64,000 bases of DNA from an uncultured Planctomycetia bacterium (GTDB lineage Bacteria; Omnitrophota; Gorgyraeia; VGKH01; JBHPFN01): contig CAYOSQ010000002.1 of assembly GCA_964406665.1 (NCBI GenBank), forward strand, positions 118,219 through 182,218. Reading direction: 5' to 3'. A program made the translations under genes and the position numbers. Shown one piece after another: positions 20,679 through 30,758 of this stretch. The notes beneath the pieces are model-generated. The model was not told the origin of the DNA, ran no database searches, and saw nothing but the letters and a program-made list of their open reading frames with translations. Position 1 is the first letter of the stretch. Each line of letters starts with the position of its first letter.

Positions 20679-20707
20679 AACTTAACATAAAAGCACTGCA
20701 ATGTCAA
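20679..20707 (-). promoter_or_regulatory. sigma70 promoter, probably giving a leaderless yggS mRNA
   Basis: TTGACA-17bp-TAAGTT with TG extension; -10 ends 7 nt before ATG; no SD. Confidence 0.6.
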
Positions 20708-20753
20708 TAAATAAGCCTGTGTGTTTGGAGGTTATTGCTTTAGGGCGGGTTTT

Positions 20754-21083
20754 TTACTTCTGGCTTTTTTTACTTGGGCAGATGTTGATTTTTAAAGAGT
20801 GACAGAAGGCAATTTTAAAGAATTTATCATCATTGACAGTGTAAAGGTTTCCCTTTATTTTGATGAATATTTCTTCTTCTTTTTTTGCAGTATCCTGCTG
20901 TCTAAAAATATAGAACTGCGGCGGATTGATTCTTTTTCTTATGTTTGAAGTTTCCTTTACCTGGAAGATGAATCTTCTTTGTACATGAGAAAATATACCA
21001 TTTTGAGAAAACTCTTCCGTTAAGGAAAGAATCTTCCTTCCTTTTTCAAGTGAAGTTATATTCTTAAAAAGCAGCTCTCTCAT
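20754..21083 (-). CDS. Hypothetical protein (basic, 109 aa)
   Basis: ORF with AGGGG SD-like site; no recognised motif. Confidence 0.65.
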   Translation of the reverse strand: MRELLFKNITSLEKGRKILSLTEEFSQNGIFSHVQRRFIFQVKETSNIRKRINPPQFYIFRQQDTAKKEEEIFIKIKGNLYTVNDDKFFKIAFCHSLKINICPSKKSQK

Positions 21084-21097
21084 TTTATCCCCTGTTT

Positions 21098-21163
21098 TAA
21101 AAAAGAAGGCCGAGTTACCAGGAATGCTTTATTGTAGTGTTGTCTCCTTTCAGTAACCCGGCC
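21098..21163 (-). terminator. Long GC-rich hairpin followed by U-tract (terminator, attenuator or sRNA 3' end)
   Basis: GGCCGGGTTAC...GTAACTCGGCC then TTCTTTTTT; a G-U pair forms only on the minus strand. Confidence 0.55.
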
Positions 21164-21332
21164 ACCCTCACCCATGGCTGGTGGGATATTTCAAAATGGT
21201 TTACATTTTAGTTTAAATACTTTTTTAAAGAGTTTATTAATACCTGAAAAAAAAGAATTTGCACTAAAAGTATACCCTGAAAAAGAACAAATTCAAGACT
21301 GTTTTGGGCCTTCAGAGAAAGCGCTTTCTTCT

Positions 21333-21956
21333 TTATTTAAATATTTTTACTCGAGGTTCCTCCTTCTTTAACATGCGTTTTATATTTTTAGTATGGCGCA
21401 GGTAAATAAAAACACACAAAATTGCACTTAAAATGATTAGTTCAAGTTCTTGACCAAAAAGAACCATTGAAATAGGAAGAGAAAGCGCCGCAATCAAAGA
21501 TGACAATGAAACTATCCCAGTTATAAGGAAAGCAAGTATCCAAGAACCTATGGAAATTAAGACAGCAGGTCTTAGTCCAGCGATTTTAACCGAAAGACCA
21601 ATGAGCGCCCCTACGCTAGTGGCAACACCTTTTCCTCCCTTGAATTTTAAAAATACTGTCCATACATGACCAGAGACAACAGCTAAGCTAAAGACAACTC
21701 TCCAGAGAGAATCAGGTAGATTTACAAGGTCAGCTACAAGAATCGGCGCAAGCATCCCTTTGAATATGTCAAAAATTAAAACAACAATTCCTGGGATTTT
21801 CCCCATGGCTCGGAAAGTATTGGTTGCACCAACGTTTCCTGAGCCAATTGTGCGGATATCTATTTTTCCCCAAAACTTTCCTATGAGATATGCTGTTGGG
21901 ATAGAACCTATTAAATAGCTTATGAGTATTCCGCTACTAATTCTCAGTATCAGCAT
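21333..21956 (-). CDS. plsY: Glycerol-3-phosphate acyltransferase PlsY
   Basis: YLIGSIP, GSGNVGATN, FKGGKGVATS, RHTKNIKR. Confidence 0.95.
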   Translation of the reverse strand: MLILRISSGILISYLIGSIPTAYLIGKFWGKIDIRTIGSGNVGATNTFRAMGKIPGIVVLIFDIFKGMLAPILVADLVNLPDSLWRVVFSLAVVSGHVWTVFLKFKGGKGVATSVGALIGLSVKIAGLRPAVLISIGSWILAFLITGIVSLSSLIAALSLPISMVLFGQELELIILSAILCVFIYLRHTKNIKRMLKKEEPRVKIFK

Positions 21957-22500
21957 TTAATATCTTGACTCCTCTTCTGATATATCCCAGGCCAGAAATA
22001 ATTGTAAAGAATAGTGCAATATACCAGATATAATGAGAAAACTGTAATTGTAAAAGAAGACCTATCACACACATTGCTTGAAAAAAAGTAGTAGTCTTCC
22101 CCCATCTGGTGGGTAATACATCTAAATTACCCTGAACCATATAAATAATTCCAGAACCTAAAAGTATAATAGCGTCCCGACTAGCTACAGCAATTACAAG
22201 CCAGAGTGGAAATCTAATTCCAGCAGGAAAATTATCAACCAAATAAAGACAAATAAATGAACTAATCAAAAGCAGCTTATCTGCTAATGGATCTAAAATC
22301 GCGCCAGCTTTTGTTTTTTGTTTCCTAGTCCTGGCTATGTAGCCATCAACAACATCAGAAATAATAGCCATCAGAAAAATTCCCAAAGAAACCAATCTAA
22401 GATAATCATTTTCCGGGGAATAATAAAGCACAGAAGCAATGAATAAAGGAACCGAAACAATTCTAAATATTGAAATTTTGTTAGCAAAAGTTAAAGCCAT
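21937..22500 (-). CDS. CDP-alcohol phosphatidyltransferase (PgsA-like)
   Basis: ANKISIFR, DVVDGYIAR...GAILDPLADK. Confidence 0.9.
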   Translation of the reverse strand: MALTFANKISIFRIVSVPLFIASVLYYSPENDYLRLVSLGIFLMAIISDVVDGYIARTRKQKTKAGAILDPLADKLLLISSFICLYLVDNFPAGIRFPLWLVIAVASRDAIILLGSGIIYMVQGNLDVLPTRWGKTTTFFQAMCVIGLLLQLQFSHYIWYIALFFTIISGLGYIRRGVKILNADTEN

Positions 22501-22501
22501 T

Positions 22502-23077
22502 TTATTTAGTGATCCTTATCCTATTTAGCGGCCAATAAATAACTAAAGATTTTCCTATTAAAAGATCTTCCGGGACAAAACCCCAATAACGACTATCTCT
22601 GCTAGAAGCAGAATTATCCCCTAATACAAAAAATGAATCTTCAGGAACTTCGAACGTTTGATTTTCCTTTCCAAACTTTCCCCTGTTGTAATAGTGGATA
22701 TGGCGTATAGCCGGATCATCAATAATTTCACCATTAATATATATCTTTCCGTTTTTTATCTCTACGGTTTCACCCTCGAAAGCAATGAGCCGTTTAATAA
22801 AATCTCTGCTTTTATCCTCCGGATAAACAAAAACAATTATATCCAGTCTTTCTGGATCCTTAAATTTTGGAAGTCTTATTGTGGTAAAAGGAATTTTGGC
22901 ACCATAGATAAATTTGTTTACAAGAATGCGGTCACCCTCAATTAAAGTTTGCTTCATCGAACCCGTGGGGATTTTAAATGCCTGGATAATAAAAGTGCGT
23001 ATTACCATAGCAAGAATTAAAGCTACTACAATTGATTCTACCCATTCTCTAAATAAGGATTTTTTTAAATTTTTCAT
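22502..23077 (-). CDS. lepB: Signal peptidase I
   Basis: IPTGSM, FIKRLI, GDNSASSRDSRYWG. Confidence 0.95.
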   Translation of the reverse strand: MKNLKKSLFREWVESIVVALILAMVIRTFIIQAFKIPTGSMKQTLIEGDRILVNKFIYGAKIPFTTIRLPKFKDPERLDIIVFVYPEDKSRDFIKRLIAFEGETVEIKNGKIYINGEIIDDPAIRHIHYYNRGKFGKENQTFEVPEDSFFVLGDNSASSRDSRYWGFVPEDLLIGKSLVIYWPLNRIRITK

Positions 23078-23082
23078 AATAT

Positions 23083-24873
23083 TTAAATCTTAAGAGCAGC
23101 CAAAAACGCTTCTTGAGGAATTTGTACGTTTCCAACCTGTTTAAGACGCTTTTTCCCTTTCTTTTGATTTTCCCAAAGTTTCCTTTTTCTTGTGATATCT
23201 CCACCATAGCACTTGGCGGTTACATTCTTTCCATAAGCTTTTACTTTAGCGGAGGCGATAATCTTGTTATCAGCTGAAGCTTGAACCGCAACTTCAAAAG
23301 CCTGTCTAGGTATTAACTCTTTAAGTTTGCTAACTAAAGCTCTAGCTTTTTCATAGGCCTTATCTTTATGTACTAAACAAGAAAAGGCGTCACACAGTTT
23401 GCTATTTAGCAAAATATCAAGTTTAACTACTTTCGCAGGTAGATATCCAGTAAATTCGTAATCAAGAGAACCATAACCCCTGGAGATAGATTTTATCTTA
23501 TCGTTAAAATCAACAATTACTTCTGAAAGCGGCAGATCAAAAATAAGGACAAGTTTATCATAAAGATAATCTGTTTTTTTGTATACGCCTCTTCTCTGTT
23601 TTACAAATTCAATTGTTGCATCCATCGATTCTATAGGAACCATTATTTTTACCTCGATGTAGGGTTCTTCGAAAGAAGCGATATCAGAAGAATCCGGAAG
23701 ATCTACAGGATTGTCTATTTCGATAACTTCACCGGTTTTTTTCTTGACTTTAAAAACAACGCTGGGAGTTGTAAGGATTAAATTTAAATTATATTCTCTC
23801 TCTAGGCGCTCTTGAGCAATTTCCATATGCAACAAACCCAAAAATCCGCATCTAAACCCATAACCAAAAGACTGAGACGTCTCAGGTTCATAGACAAAGG
23901 AGGAATCATTCAGTCGAAGTTTTTCCATTGCTTCTCTAAGATTGGGAAAATCTTTAGAGTTGACAGGGTATATGCCGCAAAAGACTAGAGGTTTCATCTC
24001 TCTATATCCAGGCAACGGTTCTTTGGCAGGATTTTTTACACCGGTAATAGTGTCGCCAACCATTACTTCTCGAGGATCTCGTACATTACAGGTAAAGTAT
24101 CCTACAGAACCGCAGGATAATTCTTCGATTTTTTCAGCCTGAGGTTTGAATATCCCAAGTTCCTCAATTTTGTGTTCGCGGTCACCTTGCATCATTTTTA
24201 TGGAACTTTTAGAAGGAAGTTTACCATCAATTACTCTGACATAGATGATAACGCCTTTGAATGTATCATAAGTAGAATCAAAGATGAGCGCTCTAAGCGG
24301 CTCTAATTCGCTTCCCTGCGGAGGAGGTACAAGCTTAATCACATGTTCAAGAATCTCATCGATCCCTCTTCCTTCCTTTGCTGATACTAAAACGATTTCA
24401 TCTTCATTAAATCCGAAAGTTTCTTTGAGTTGATTTTTAACCTCTTCTATATCTATGGAGGGTAAGTCTATTTTGTTTATTACTGGGATAATAGTCAAGT
24501 TTTGTTCAAGAGCCATAAAATAATTTGCGACAGTTTGAGCTTCTATGCCTTGAGAAGCATCTACAACTAATAATGCGCCTTCACAGGCTGTTAAAGATTT
24601 TGCAACTTCATAAGTAAAATCTACATGACCAGGTGTATCAATTAAATTTAGGGAATATTTATTTCCATCTTTTGAGGTATAATCCAAGCATACTGCTGAA
24701 GCCTTGATAGTTATTCCGCGCTCTCTTTCTAACTCCATATCATCGAGAAGCTGATTTTTAAGATTTCTTTTGTCCACCGCACCGGTGAATTCAAGAAGCC
24801 TATCAGCAAGAGTAGACTTTCCGTGGTCGATATGCGCAATTATGGAAAAATTCCTAATATTCTCTTTATTCAT
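23083..24873 (-). CDS. lepA: Elongation factor 4
   Basis: IRNFSIIAHIDHGKSTLADR, GFRCGFLGLLH, KCYGGDITRK. Confidence 0.98.
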   Translation of the reverse strand: MNKENIRNFSIIAHIDHGKSTLADRLLEFTGAVDKRNLKNQLLDDMELERERGITIKASAVCLDYTSKDGNKYSLNLIDTPGHVDFTYEVAKSLTACEGALLVVDASQGIEAQTVANYFMALEQNLTIIPVINKIDLPSIDIEEVKNQLKETFGFNEDEIVLVSAKEGRGIDEILEHVIKLVPPPQGSELEPLRALIFDSTYDTFKGVIIYVRVIDGKLPSKSSIKMMQGDREHKIEELGIFKPQAEKIEELSCGSVGYFTCNVRDPREVMVGDTITGVKNPAKEPLPGYREMKPLVFCGIYPVNSKDFPNLREAMEKLRLNDSSFVYEPETSQSFGYGFRCGFLGLLHMEIAQERLEREYNLNLILTTPSVVFKVKKKTGEVIEIDNPVDLPDSSDIASFEEPYIEVKIMVPIESMDATIEFVKQRRGVYKKTDYLYDKLVLIFDLPLSEVIVDFNDKIKSISRGYGSLDYEFTGYLPAKVVKLDILLNSKLCDAFSCLVHKDKAYEKARALVSKLKELIPRQAFEVAVQASADNKIIASAKVKAYGKNVTAKCYGGDITRKRKLWENQKKGKKRLKQVGNVQIPQEAFLAALKI

Positions 24874-24874
24874 A

Positions 24875-25582
24875 TTATTTTCTAAAACCTGATTTGCTAA
24901 TTATTTCTTCAACAACTTCATCTATGGTCATATTGGTAGAATCAATATAGATGGCATCGTCAGCTTTTTTCAACGGGCCAACGCTGCGAGTTAAATCAGA
25001 CATATCTCTTTTTTCTACGTCCTTTTCTATCTGCTTTAAAGAAATATCTTCTTTTTTATCTTTCAATTCTTTAAATCTGCGAGATGCCCTTATTTTTGAA
25101 TCAGCATCTAAGTAAAATTTTTTATCAGCGTTAGGAAATACTACCGTACCGATATCTCTTCCTTCAACAACGACATTATTCTTTTCAGCAAATCTTCTCT
25201 GTAGTTTTACCATTTCTTCGCGAACTTCTGGTGCTCGCGCAATAAAAAATACTTTTTTCGTCACTTCAGACTGACGGATCTCTTTAGAGACGTTTTTGTC
25301 ATCTAAAAAAGTAGTTGAATTACCTTTTTCATCAGCTTTTAAAGAAATATTGGTGTCTGAAAGCAATTTTGCCAAAACTGAAGCATTTTCTATTTCAACG
25401 TTTTGCTCCATCGCTTTAAGAGTTAGAGCTCTGTACATGGCACCGGTATCTAGATAAGTGTAACCCAGGGACTCAGCTACCTTTTTTGCGACAGTGCTTT
25501 TTCCGGCACCAGCAGGCCCGTCAATAGTAATTATAGTAGGTTTATTTGTGGGGATTGAGCTTTTCTCTTTTTGACTTGGCAT
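24875..25582 (-). CDS. cmk: Cytidylate kinase
   Basis: ITIDGPAGAGKST, DTGAMYR, EGRDIGT; exact start uncertain. Confidence 0.95.
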   Translation of the reverse strand: MPSQKEKSSIPTNKPTIITIDGPAGAGKSTVAKKVAESLGYTYLDTGAMYRALTLKAMEQNVEIENASVLAKLLSDTNISLKADEKGNSTTFLDDKNVSKEIRQSEVTKKVFFIARAPEVREEMVKLQRRFAEKNNVVVEGRDIGTVVFPNADKKFYLDADSKIRASRRFKELKDKKEDISLKQIEKDVEKRDMSDLTRSVGPLKKADDAIYIDSTNMTIDEVVEEIISKSGFRK

Positions 25583-26405
25583 TGACTAACTTTTTTGTTA
25601 ACTTTGAATTATTCCCTGAAGAAATTAAGGATTCCAGTTTGAACAATTCAGCTTTAAAAATCTTTATAGCTTTGAGTAATTCGGTTTTATTTGCTATAAA
25701 AATATCTCTCCAAATATCCGGATCAGATGCAGCTATACGAGTAGTATCGCGCATTCCTCCAGAGGCAAATTTAAGGTATTTTTCAGGCACAGCTGAAGTT
25801 AAGCTAAAAGATAAAGCGTGCGGAAGATGACTTACCAGTGCAACAACTTTGTCGTGCTCAGAAGGACTCAATGATACAACTTTTGAACCTAGTAAATTCC
25901 AGAATTTTTTAATTTTCGATAAAGCTAAGGCTGAAGTTTTTTTGCTAGGAGTAACTATACAAATGCTATTTTGAAATAATTCAGAACAAGAAAAATTAAC
26001 ACCTTTTTTTTCTGATCCAGCCAAAGGATGAGAACCGATAAAACTCAGATGCTTAGGTATCAACCTATCTAGGCTATCTACGATTTCACCTTTACAGCTT
26101 CCAACATCAGTAACGATGGTTCCTTCTTTAGCATTTTTAAATACGCTTGGTGCTAATTTGATAATTGTTTTTACAGGAGCAGCGAGAATAATTAAATCAG
26201 CGTTGGAAACAGCTTTTTTTAAATCTAGAGTGCCGATATCAATAGCTTTCTTTTTTAGAGCATTGCTTATTGTCGATCTTCTTCTGGAGAACCCGATAAC
26301 TTTTTTAGCGAACCCACGTTTTTTTATTGCCTTTCCAACGGATCCGCCAATTAGACCAACACCGATAATCGCTACTCGGTTAAACATTATTTCTTTTTTT
26401 CGCAT
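25542..26405 (-). CDS. tyrA: Prephenate dehydrogenase
   Basis: GVGLIGGS, DVGS, HPLAGSE, HD..VALVSHLPH, DTTRIA. Confidence 0.93.
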   Translation of the reverse strand: MRKKEIMFNRVAIIGVGLIGGSVGKAIKKRGFAKKVIGFSRRRSTISNALKKKAIDIGTLDLKKAVSNADLIILAAPVKTIIKLAPSVFKNAKEGTIVTDVGSCKGEIVDSLDRLIPKHLSFIGSHPLAGSEKKGVNFSCSELFQNSICIVTPSKKTSALALSKIKKFWNLLGSKVVSLSPSEHDKVVALVSHLPHALSFSLTSAVPEKYLKFASGGMRDTTRIAASDPDIWRDIFIANKTELLKAIKIFKAELFKLESLISSGNNSKLTKKLVNAKSKREKLNPHK

Positions 26406-26411
26406 CTTTTA

Positions 26412-27428
26412 CTAAACCTTTCTACCCACTGCTTTTGATATGGCGGACAATTCTTGCATCAAATCGAAAAAGTTTTCCGGAAGTAAAGACTGAGCACCGT
26501 CAGATGCAGAATCCTCCGGCTTTATATGAACTTCAATTATTAAACCATCTGCACCTGCGGCAATTGCAGCCCTTGAGGCTGCAGGAACTAATCCCCATTT
26601 TCCAGTCGCATGGCTTGGGTCGACAATTACAGGCAAGTGAGATAACATTTTAACAACAGCAACAGCATTTATATCTAAAGTATTTCTGGTTGCATCTTCG
26701 AAAGTCCTGATGCCGCGTTCACATAAAATCACATTGAAATTTCCTTCGGATAAAATGTATTCGGCCGACATTAACCACTCTTTTATCGTGGCACTTAAAC
26801 CCCTTTTTAGTAGTACAGGTTTTTTTGTTTGGCCGACTTCTTTTAAAAGGTTAAAATTCTGCATGTTGCGTGCACCAATTTGCAGAATATCAACGTATTC
26901 AGCAACTAGCTTCACATCTCTGGTATCCATAACTTCGGTGACTGTTGCCAAGCCAACTTTGTCACCGACTTCTTTCATAATTTTTAGACCCTCTTCTCCT
27001 AATCCCTGAAAACTGTAAGGAGATGTTCTCGGTTTGAAAGCCCCACCTCTTAAGATGGTTGCACCTGAAGTTTTTACTTTCTCTCCAATAGATAAAAGGT
27101 TTTTCTTGTTTTCAATTGCACAAGGACCTGCCATAACAGCAATTTTTTGCGAGCCAACTTCAATTAGCCCTTTTATTTTTATTACAGAATTATCTTTTTT
27201 GAATTCCCTGGAAACAAGCTTATAGGGAGCTAAAACTGGCATTACTTTTTCAACACCAGGGAAAACCTCAAGAGGAGTAGTCCTTAAAACATCTTCAGGG
27301 CCGATTAGACCAATAATGGTCCTTTCTTTTCCTTGGGAAACATGCGCCTCTAGACCTAATTGTGTAGTTTTCTCAATTATATGATCAATTTGCTCCTGCG
27401 TAGAACCAGGCTTTAGAACAATAATCAT
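26412..27428 (-). CDS. aroF: DAHP synthase, type I-beta with N-terminal regulatory domain
   Basis: AGPCAIE, KPRTSPY, IGARNMQN, CERG, DPSH. Confidence 0.93.
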   Translation of the reverse strand: MIIVLKPGSTQEQIDHIIEKTTQLGLEAHVSQGKERTIIGLIGPEDVLRTTPLEVFPGVEKVMPVLAPYKLVSREFKKDNSVIKIKGLIEVGSQKIAVMAGPCAIENKKNLLSIGEKVKTSGATILRGGAFKPRTSPYSFQGLGEEGLKIMKEVGDKVGLATVTEVMDTRDVKLVAEYVDILQIGARNMQNFNLLKEVGQTKKPVLLKRGLSATIKEWLMSAEYILSEGNFNVILCERGIRTFEDATRNTLDINAVAVVKMLSHLPVIVDPSHATGKWGLVPAASRAAIAAGADGLIIEVHIKPEDSASDGAQSLLPENFFDLMQELSAISKAVGRKV

Positions 27429-28504
27429 AAGTGTCTCCTTAAGCTATTAATGAAAGCTTTATTTTCTTTCATAGTAGATATGGTAACTCGCAGGTACGTA
27501 TTTAAGCCCCAAGCTTTCATATCTCTTACTATTATGCCATCACGTAATAAATCTTTAAATACTTTTGTGCTATCCTTGCCTATGTCAATAAGAATAAAAT
27601 TTGTGCAGCTGTCAACGAATACAAGATTTAGCTTCTTTAAATTACCATAAAGATATTTTTTGCCTTCTTTCAGAGATTTTTTTACCATTTTTAAATAGTT
27701 GCTGTCATCTAAACTTGCTAATGCTGCTGCTTGAGCAAGTGAATTTACGTTAAAAGGTTCTCGAACTTTATTTAAACAGCTGATAATTTCAGCAGAAGAA
27801 ATTCCGTATCCTATGCGTAGCCCTGCGAGACTGTAGGCTTTCGAGAAAGTTCTCGTAACAATTAGATTCTTTCTTTTCTTTAAGAGATTTATCGTATTAG
27901 GAAAATTTTCTTTATCAAAAATTTCATAATAAGCTTCATCAAAATAAACCAAGATATCCTTTCTTAATCCTCGTAAAAAGTTACTTACTTCTTTTGCAGA
28001 AACATAAGTACTGTTGGGGTTATCCGGATTAGCAATAAAAACTATCTTGGTTCTCTTTGTCACTGCTTTCTTCATAGCCCCTAAATCATAGCAGAAATCT
28101 TTCATCGGGACTTTCTTAATTTTTGCAGAACAAGTCATTCCAGCGATTTCATAAATGAGAAACGTTTTGTCCGCAATAATGATTTCATCACCAGGGTTTA
28201 AGAAAGCCCTTGCAGCCAAAACAATTATCTCATCAGATCCATTTCCAAAGATCAGTTGATTTTCTTTCACTTTTAGTTTCTTAGCAAGCTTCTTCCTAAG
28301 GGAGAAACAGTTTCCGTCTGGGTATCTATTGATATTTTGCGCTGCTTTTGAAATAGCAGAAAGAGCCTTTTTAGAAGGCGGAAAAGGAGATTCATTGGAA
28401 GCCATTTTAAAGACTTCTTTTAATCCCAGTTCTCTTTTTACCTCTTCTATAGGTTTTCCTGGTTTATAATTTTTAATTTTTAAAATTGATTTTCTTGTTT
28501 TCAT
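27425..28504 (-). CDS. hisC: Histidinol-phosphate/aromatic aminotransferase
   Basis: ASNESP, GNGSDE, DEAY, RTFSKAYSLAGLRIG. Confidence 0.92.
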   Translation of the reverse strand: MKTRKSILKIKNYKPGKPIEEVKRELGLKEVFKMASNESPFPPSKKALSAISKAAQNINRYPDGNCFSLRKKLAKKLKVKENQLIFGNGSDEIIVLAARAFLNPGDEIIIADKTFLIYEIAGMTCSAKIKKVPMKDFCYDLGAMKKAVTKRTKIVFIANPDNPNSTYVSAKEVSNFLRGLRKDILVYFDEAYYEIFDKENFPNTINLLKKRKNLIVTRTFSKAYSLAGLRIGYGISSAEIISCLNKVREPFNVNSLAQAAALASLDDSNYLKMVKKSLKEGKKYLYGNLKKLNLVFVDSCTNFILIDIGKDSTKVFKDLLRDGIIVRDMKAWGLNTYLRVTISTMKENKAFINSLRRHL

Positions 28505-28508
28505 TTTT

Positions 28509-29564
28509 CTATACTGGGTATGAGCCCAAAACTTTTAAAAACTTGCATTTTTCTTCAAGTTCATTAACAGCTCTTTGAACTTTTTTATCCAATCTATGGC
28601 CGTCTAAATCAACAAAGAAATAATAATCCCAGGCTTTCTTTTTTGACGGACGAGATTCAATCTTAGTTAGATTGATCTTATTTTTCTTAAAGGGAACCAA
28701 CATATCATGCAAAGCCCCTACTCTATCTTTTATAGAGAACAGTATCGAAGTTCTATCTTTTTTGGTCATCGGACAATCAGTTTGACCAATAACAAGAAAC
28801 CTGGTTATGTTATGCGGGCTATCCTCAATACCACTAGAAAGTATTTTTAGTTTACACTGTTTTGCTGCTAAAGTAGAAGCTATAGCAGCAGCATTCTTTT
28901 GTTTAGCGCAAACTTGAGCAGCCTTAGTTGTACTGGACACTTCAACAGTATCTACTCCGGGTAAATTTTTATCTAACCAGATTCTACATTGTCCTAAAGC
29001 ATTTGCGTTCGAGTATACTTTTTTAATACTTTTTTTAGCACAATTAGCTAAAAGATTATGAGAAATTTCAGAAATAATCTGAGAACAAATCTTTAAATCT
29101 GAATCAACAAACATGTCTAATGTATGACTAACTATTCCTTCAGTTGAATTTTCAATAGGTACCACGCCGTAATCAGCATTTTGTCTTCTTACCTCTAGAA
29201 ACACATCCGTAATATTATTACAAGCGATGTATTTAACCTGTGTGCCAAAATGTCTTAAAGAAGCAAGGTGAGTATACGTTGCCTCGGGCCCGAGATACGC
29301 TATTTTTATTGGTTTCCCTAGAGCAAGTGATGCAGACATTATTTCTCGGTAAATTGCTTCCAAGGAAGCATCGTTTAGCGGACCTTTATTTATGCTAGAT
29401 AACCTTTTAATAATTTGCCTTTCTCTTTCAGGGGAATAAACAGTTTTGTTTTGTTCTTTTTTTGCCTTTCTAATAGTCAAACTTAAATTGGCTCTTTGAT
29501 TTAAAAGCTTTGTTACTTGTGAATCAATCTTGTCTATTTTCTTGCGTAGATTGTTCAGGCTCAT
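28509..29564 (-). CDS. pheA: Chorismate mutase/prephenate dehydratase
   Basis: LRKKIDKID, YLGP, PIENSTEG, TRF, IESRPS. Confidence 0.95.
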   Translation of the reverse strand: MSLNNLRKKIDKIDSQVTKLLNQRANLSLTIRKAKKEQNKTVYSPERERQIIKRLSSINKGPLNDASLEAIYREIMSASLALGKPIKIAYLGPEATYTHLASLRHFGTQVKYIACNNITDVFLEVRRQNADYGVVPIENSTEGIVSHTLDMFVDSDLKICSQIISEISHNLLANCAKKSIKKVYSNANALGQCRIWLDKNLPGVDTVEVSSTTKAAQVCAKQKNAAAIASTLAAKQCKLKILSSGIEDSPHNITRFLVIGQTDCPMTKKDRTSILFSIKDRVGALHDMLVPFKKNKINLTKIESRPSKKKAWDYYFFVDLDGHRLDKKVQRAVNELEEKCKFLKVLGSYPV

Positions 29565-30129
29565 TTTGCACCTCCGACTCTGTAGCTTCTTCTTTTGCTA
29601 TAGATAAATTAACAAATTCTTCTATTTTGGGCAGTTCGTCTAATGACTTTAATCCGAAATATTCTAAAAATTGCCTCGTTGTTCCATAAACGAATGGTCT
29701 ACCTACTGTTTCTTTTTTTCCTGCTATGCGAATTAATCCCTTCTCCTGGAGATTTTTGACAACAACATCAACATTTACGCCTCTGATTATTTCTATGTCC
29801 AACCTTGTAACAGGCTGTTTGTAGGCGATGATTGAAAGGGTTTCAAGTGCTGGCATGCTCAACTTTTCTTTATGTCTTACTTTGTAGAACTTTTTTAGAT
29901 ATTGAGCATATTCATTATTAGTGCACAATCTAAACCCACCAGCGACTTCGGCAACTGTTATTCCGCTTTTTTTCTGTTCATAGTCGGATTTTAATTCTTC
30001 AATTAAAGAGCGGATTTCCTTAGTATCAATTGTTCCGATTACTTCTTTTATCTGTTCTAATATAAGTGGTTTTTCGCTGGCAAATAGCAGTGCTTCAATT
30101 ATTCCTTTAATAGTATTGTTATCGCTCAT
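29524..30129 (-). CDS. scpB: SMC-Scp complex subunit ScpB
   Basis: IEALLF, ALETLSIIAYKQPVTR, IRGV, GRP, FLEYFGL. Confidence 0.95.
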   Translation of the reverse strand: MSDNNTIKGIIEALLFASEKPLILEQIKEVIGTIDTKEIRSLIEELKSDYEQKKSGITVAEVAGGFRLCTNNEYAQYLKKFYKVRHKEKLSMPALETLSIIAYKQPVTRLDIEIIRGVNVDVVVKNLQEKGLIRIAGKKETVGRPFVYGTTRQFLEYFGLKSLDELPKIEEFVNLSIAKEEATESEVQNEPEQSTQENRQD

Positions 30130-30758
30130 GGTTTTTTGTGTAGTCTTTGTTTGTATATTTCGTTTAAGAGTTCTTCGCTTGAGTTGGTTCCAGCATTTCT
30201 TTCAAGCGCCTTGGCTATCATTTCTTTAGCCTCTTGTTTCTTATACTGCAGTTGAAGTAAAAGTTGCAAAACTTCATTCTGAATATCTTCAGGAATTGCT
30301 GAAGCAGTTTTTACTTTTTTATCTTTGATTAATCCGAATTTGCCAATTTTACCCTGCAGCTTCGCAATAATTTCTCGTGCTCTTTGTTGTCCGATACCAG
30401 GTAATGATTTAAGCATGGCTACGTCTGATTCGTCAATTGCATTTACAATTTCTGAAATTGGACGATTAATTGCTTTTGCAGCAGCCCTAGGTCCAATCCC
30501 GGAAACTGTTATAAATTGTTCAAAGAACTCTTTTTCAACTTCGTTGCAAAATCCTATTAAAACAGGAGTACTTTTTGTTTGATCAGTTTGGTAATAATGA
30601 TAGGTTATGAGGTTGATGTTTCCATCTGAATCGACGTTATCATCTACTCTATTCATTACAGTCGGCGGAATCAAAACCTCATAGCAGAATCCTTGAACAT
30701 CAATATACAAGGAATTAGTGCCTTTTTTAGCAAGCTTTCCTTTTATTTTAGCGATCAT
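30126..30758 (-). CDS. ruvA: Holliday junction branch migration protein RuvA
   Basis: MIAKIKG, VSGIGPR, LPGIG HhH motifs; follows ruvC. Confidence 0.9.
   Translation of the reverse strand: MIAKIKGKLAKKGTNSLYIDVQGFCYEVLIPPTVMNRVDDNVDSDGNINLITYHYYQTDQTKSTPVLIGFCNEVEKEFFEQFITVSGIGPRAAAKAINRPISEIVNAIDESDVAMLKSLPGIGQQRAREIIAKLQGKIGKFGLIKDKKVKTASAIPEDIQNEVLQLLLQLQYKKQEAKEMIAKALERNAGTNSSEELLNEIYKQRLHKKP

Noticed and set aside
21174-21371. 65-aa plus-strand ORF in the plsY gap
   Set aside because: No SD, overlaps the plsY 3' end and the structured RNA element, no motif
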